This document shows, one piece after another, positions 61,583 to 64,000 of a stretch of 64,000 nucleotides of DNA. Within the stretch, counting starts at the first letter, position 1. Each line of letters begins with the position of its first letter. Below the pieces are notes generated by a model, which was given only the letters and a program-made list of their open reading frames with translations, was not told the DNA's origin and searched no databases. The stretch is from positions 6,006 through 70,005 of the forward strand of contig JBBRZU010000001.1 of NCBI GenBank assembly GCA_038236425.1, written 5' to 3'. The DNA is from Lysobacterales bacterium (lineage in GTDB: Bacteria; Pseudomonadota; Gammaproteobacteria; Xanthomonadales; Xanthomonadaceae). The position numbers were made by a program, and so were the translations under genes.

Positions 61583-62518
61583 ATGTCGACAAGGAACTCC
61601 TCGCGCAAGGTGGTCTACGCCGCGCTTGCCGGCAACTTGTTGATCGCGATTTCCAAGTTCGTCGCCGGTGCGTTTTCTGGCAGTTCGGCGATGTTGAGCG
61701 AAGGAATCCATTCGCTGGTCGATACCAGTAACCAGGGCTTGCTGCTCTACGGCCTGCATCGCGCGAGCAAGGCGCCAGATGCGAGCCATCCCTTCGGCTA
61801 TGGTCGCGAGCTTTACTTCTGGAGCTTTGTCGTCGCATTGCTGGTGCTTGCGCTCGGCGCAGGAATGTCGGTGTATGAAGGTGTGACGCACATCCTGGAT
61901 CCGGAGCCGGCCGGCCATCTGACGATCAACCTGATCGTGCTCGGCGTCGCGTTCGTATTCGAGGGCACCACCTGGACGATCGCGCTGCGGGAGTTCCGGA
62001 AACGCAAGGGTGCGATGGGGTATTTCGAAGCGTTCCGCAAGAGCAAGGATCCCAGCACGTTCACCGTCCTGCTCGAGGACAGTGCAGCCCTGCTTGGCTT
62101 GTTGATTGCGGCGGCGGGCCTGCTGGCCGCGCACTGGCTGCGGATGCCGGTGCTCGACGGCGTGGCTTCGGTCTGCATCGGAGCGGTGCTGGCCGCGAGT
62201 GCGCTGCTGCTCCTGCGCGAGACCAAGGGCCTGTTGATCGGTGAACCGGCATCGCAAGCGGTCGGAGAGTCGATTCGCGCGGTTGCCGAGCAGGACGACG
62301 ACGTACGTCATGTCAACGGACTGTTGACCGTGCAGATGGGGCCGCAACAGGTGGTTGCGGCCCTGAGCGTCGAGTTCGAGAACGAACGCACCACGCAGCA
62401 GATCGAGGCATGCATCGACCGCATGGAACAACGGATCAAGTCCCATCATCCACAGTTGCAGGCTTTGTTCGTCAAGCCGCAGACGCCAGAGGCGTGGCGT
62501 GAGCGGCGCGGAACGTGA
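61583..62518 (+). CDS. Cation diffusion facilitator family transporter
   Basis: SSAMLSEGIHSLVD, HPFGYGRE, EDSAAL, LDGVAS. Confidence 0.92.
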   Translation: MSTRNSSRKVVYAALAGNLLIAISKFVAGAFSGSSAMLSEGIHSLVDTSNQGLLLYGLHRASKAPDASHPFGYGRELYFWSFVVALLVLALGAGMSVYEGVTHILDPEPAGHLTINLIVLGVAFVFEGTTWTIALREFRKRKGAMGYFEAFRKSKDPSTFTVLLEDSAALLGLLIAAAGLLAAHWLRMPVLDGVASVCIGAVLAASALLLLRETKGLLIGEPASQAVGESIRAVAEQDDDVRHVNGLLTVQMGPQQVVAALSVEFENERTTQQIEACIDRMEQRIKSHHPQLQALFVKPQTPEAWRERRGT

Positions 62519-62585
62519 CCGGCATTTGCGGCCCCGACTTTTCTGAGGCATCAAGGGAGCGGGGCAGTCGGCCTTCAGGGGCAGG

Positions 62586-62608
62586 AAAGTCGACTCTGAC
62601 CCGGGTTT
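62586..62608 (-). repeat. RAYT-associated repeat, copy 6 (reverse)
   Basis: GAAAGTCGACTCTGACCCGGGTTT, immediately followed by the CAGGAG RBS of the next gene. Confidence 0.93.
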
Positions 62609-62620
62609 CAGGAGTTGTGC

Positions 62621-64000
62621 ATGTCACCGATTGACGCCGGCTTTATCCTGCTTGGTCTGGTCCTGGCGACGGCACTTGTGTCGCGGCGGATCAGTATCCC
62701 GGCGCCCATCGTGTTTGCCGCAGTGGGCCTCGCCGCGGGCGCCGCCTGGCATCTGGTGCCGGGCTTGCCGGCGGTGACGATGCCACCCGACCTGGTGTTG
62801 TTCGTCTTCCTGCCACCCCTGCTGACGACGGCGGCGTATGCGCTGCCACTCGAAGCATTCCGTCGGAACCTGCTGCCGATTGGCCTGTTGGCCGTGGGCC
62901 TGGTCATCGCCACGATGGGTGTGGCCGCGCTGGTCGGCCACGCGCTGGCCGGGCTGCCATGGGCGGCGGCAATCGTATTGGGCGCGATCGTGGCGCCGCC
63001 CGATCCGGTCGCGGCGACGGCGGTGGCCGGCAAGACCGGACTGTCGCACCGGCTGGTGGTGATCCTGGAAGGCGAAGGCCTGGTCAACGATGCGGTGGCC
63101 ATTTCCGCCTACGGCATCGCGCTGTCCGCACTGGTCGCCGGACACTTCAATGCGTTGGATGCGGTGTGGTCCGTGCTGCGCGAGGCACCGCTCGGCGTCG
63201 CGCTGGGCTTGGCGGTCGGTTGGTCAGCCGCATTCATCCGGCGGCGCGCGGACAGCGTGCCAGTGGAAGTCGGTATCTCGCTGGTGGCGCCATACCTGGC
63301 TTATCACGTTGCCGACAGCATTGGTGGGTCAGCGGTGTTGGCGGTGGTGACGCTGGGCATGCTGCTGCGTGCGTCGTCGTCCAAGGTGTCGTCGCCGGTG
63401 GCGCGCCTGGCGGCTCGCACCGTGTGGAGTTTCCTGGGCTTCGCCAGTACGGCGGCCGTCTTCCTGTTGCTGGGCGTGCTGATGGGCCAGCTCATCGTGG
63501 ACTGGCCCGGCGAGGGACTGATGGTCGCGGGCGGCGTGCTTGCGGCTGCGATCATCGTGGTGCGCCTGGCCTGGATGCTCGTGGTGCCGCGTCTGGTCGG
63601 GCGCTTGCGGCGCAATCCGGGGCCGGCGCCCACTCTGGGCGAACAGGTGGTGATGGGTTGGGCCGGCATGCGCGGCGTGGTGTCGCTGTCACTCGCGCTG
63701 GCGCTGCCGTTCTCGCTGGATGTCGATGGCACCCTTCGCGCGACCATCATTTTCCTCACGATGGTGGTGATCGTTGTGACGTTGTTGTTCCAGGGAATCA
63801 TCCTGCTTCCGCTGATCAAGTGGCTAGGCGTTGGCGACTCGGCGCGCGAGCAGCGCGAGGAAGCTGAGGCCAGGGCGCTGGCCGGGCGCGCGGGCGCTGA
63901 CGCAGCGGCGGAAGCGCACCTGGCGTCGGCGGATGCGGGCAATCGCCGGACGGAGAAACATCAGGACCTGGTTTCGCGGATTGCCAGCGGGCACGTCGGC
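62621..64000 (+). CDS. CPA1 family Na+/H+ antiporter (partial; continues beyond window end)
   Basis: Read manually: MSPIDAGF..., FVFLPPLL, GAIVAPPDPVA, ILEGEGLVNDA, GWAGMRGVVSLSLAL. Confidence 0.92.
   Translation, partial: MSPIDAGFILLGLVLATALVSRRISIPAPIVFAAVGLAAGAAWHLVPGLPAVTMPPDLVLFVFLPPLLTTAAYALPLEAFRRNLLPIGLLAVGLVIATMGVAALVGHALAGLPWAAAIVLGAIVAPPDPVAATAVAGKTGLSHRLVVILEGEGLVNDAVAISAYGIALSALVAGHFNALDAVWSVLREAPLGVALGLAVGWSAAFIRRRADSVPVEVGISLVAPYLAYHVADSIGGSAVLAVVTLGMLLRASSSKVSSPVARLAARTVWSFLGFASTAAVFLLLGVLMGQLIVDWPGEGLMVAGGVLAAAIIVVRLAWMLVVPRLVGRLRRNPGPAPTLGEQVVMGWAGMRGVVSLSLALALPFSLDVDGTLRATIIFLTMVVIVVTLLFQGIILLPLIKWLGVGDSAREQREEAEARALAGRAGADAAAEAHLASADAGNRRTEKHQDLVSRIASGHVG

Noticed and set aside
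57085-62608. Classical integron or CRISPR
   Set aside because: No tyrosine-recombinase integrase and no attC-like RYYYAAC/GTTRRRY hairpins; the repeats occur in both orientations with kb-scale gene-bearing spacing.

Overview
High-GC Xanthomonadaceae-like chromosome segment; the genus is not determinable from sequence alone. 1-34.9 kb is mostly core genome: mrcA (cut by the window edge), pilMNOPQ, a cNMP-EAL protein, tkt/gap/pgk/pyk/fba interleaved with accessory genes, a BlaI plus M56-TonB pair with a clear operator, mscL, trmB, thiG/thiS and tRNA-Gly(CCC). 35.0-50.9 kb is a surface-glycan locus: a WbdA-like double GT4, an FkbM coiled-coil protein, a GT-C membrane transferase, GT2, GT4 and a flippase-like protein, surrounding two paralogous secreted proteins. 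Three consecutive proteins there share an unnamed C-terminal 'GRAGFLxYGPY' domain. 50.9-57.0 kb holds rimK, a candidate sRNA, a ColRS-like pair, ilvE and metF. 57.1-64 kb is the most unusual part: a Y1-HuH (RAYT-like) transposase sits in an array of unrelated small genes and gene remnants whose boundaries are marked by six copies of a 26-bp repeat (AAAACCCGGGTCAGAGTCGACTTTCT), suggesting a repeat-delimited gene-cassette array. All calls come from motif recognition by eye. No database searches were run, and start codons are best estimates.
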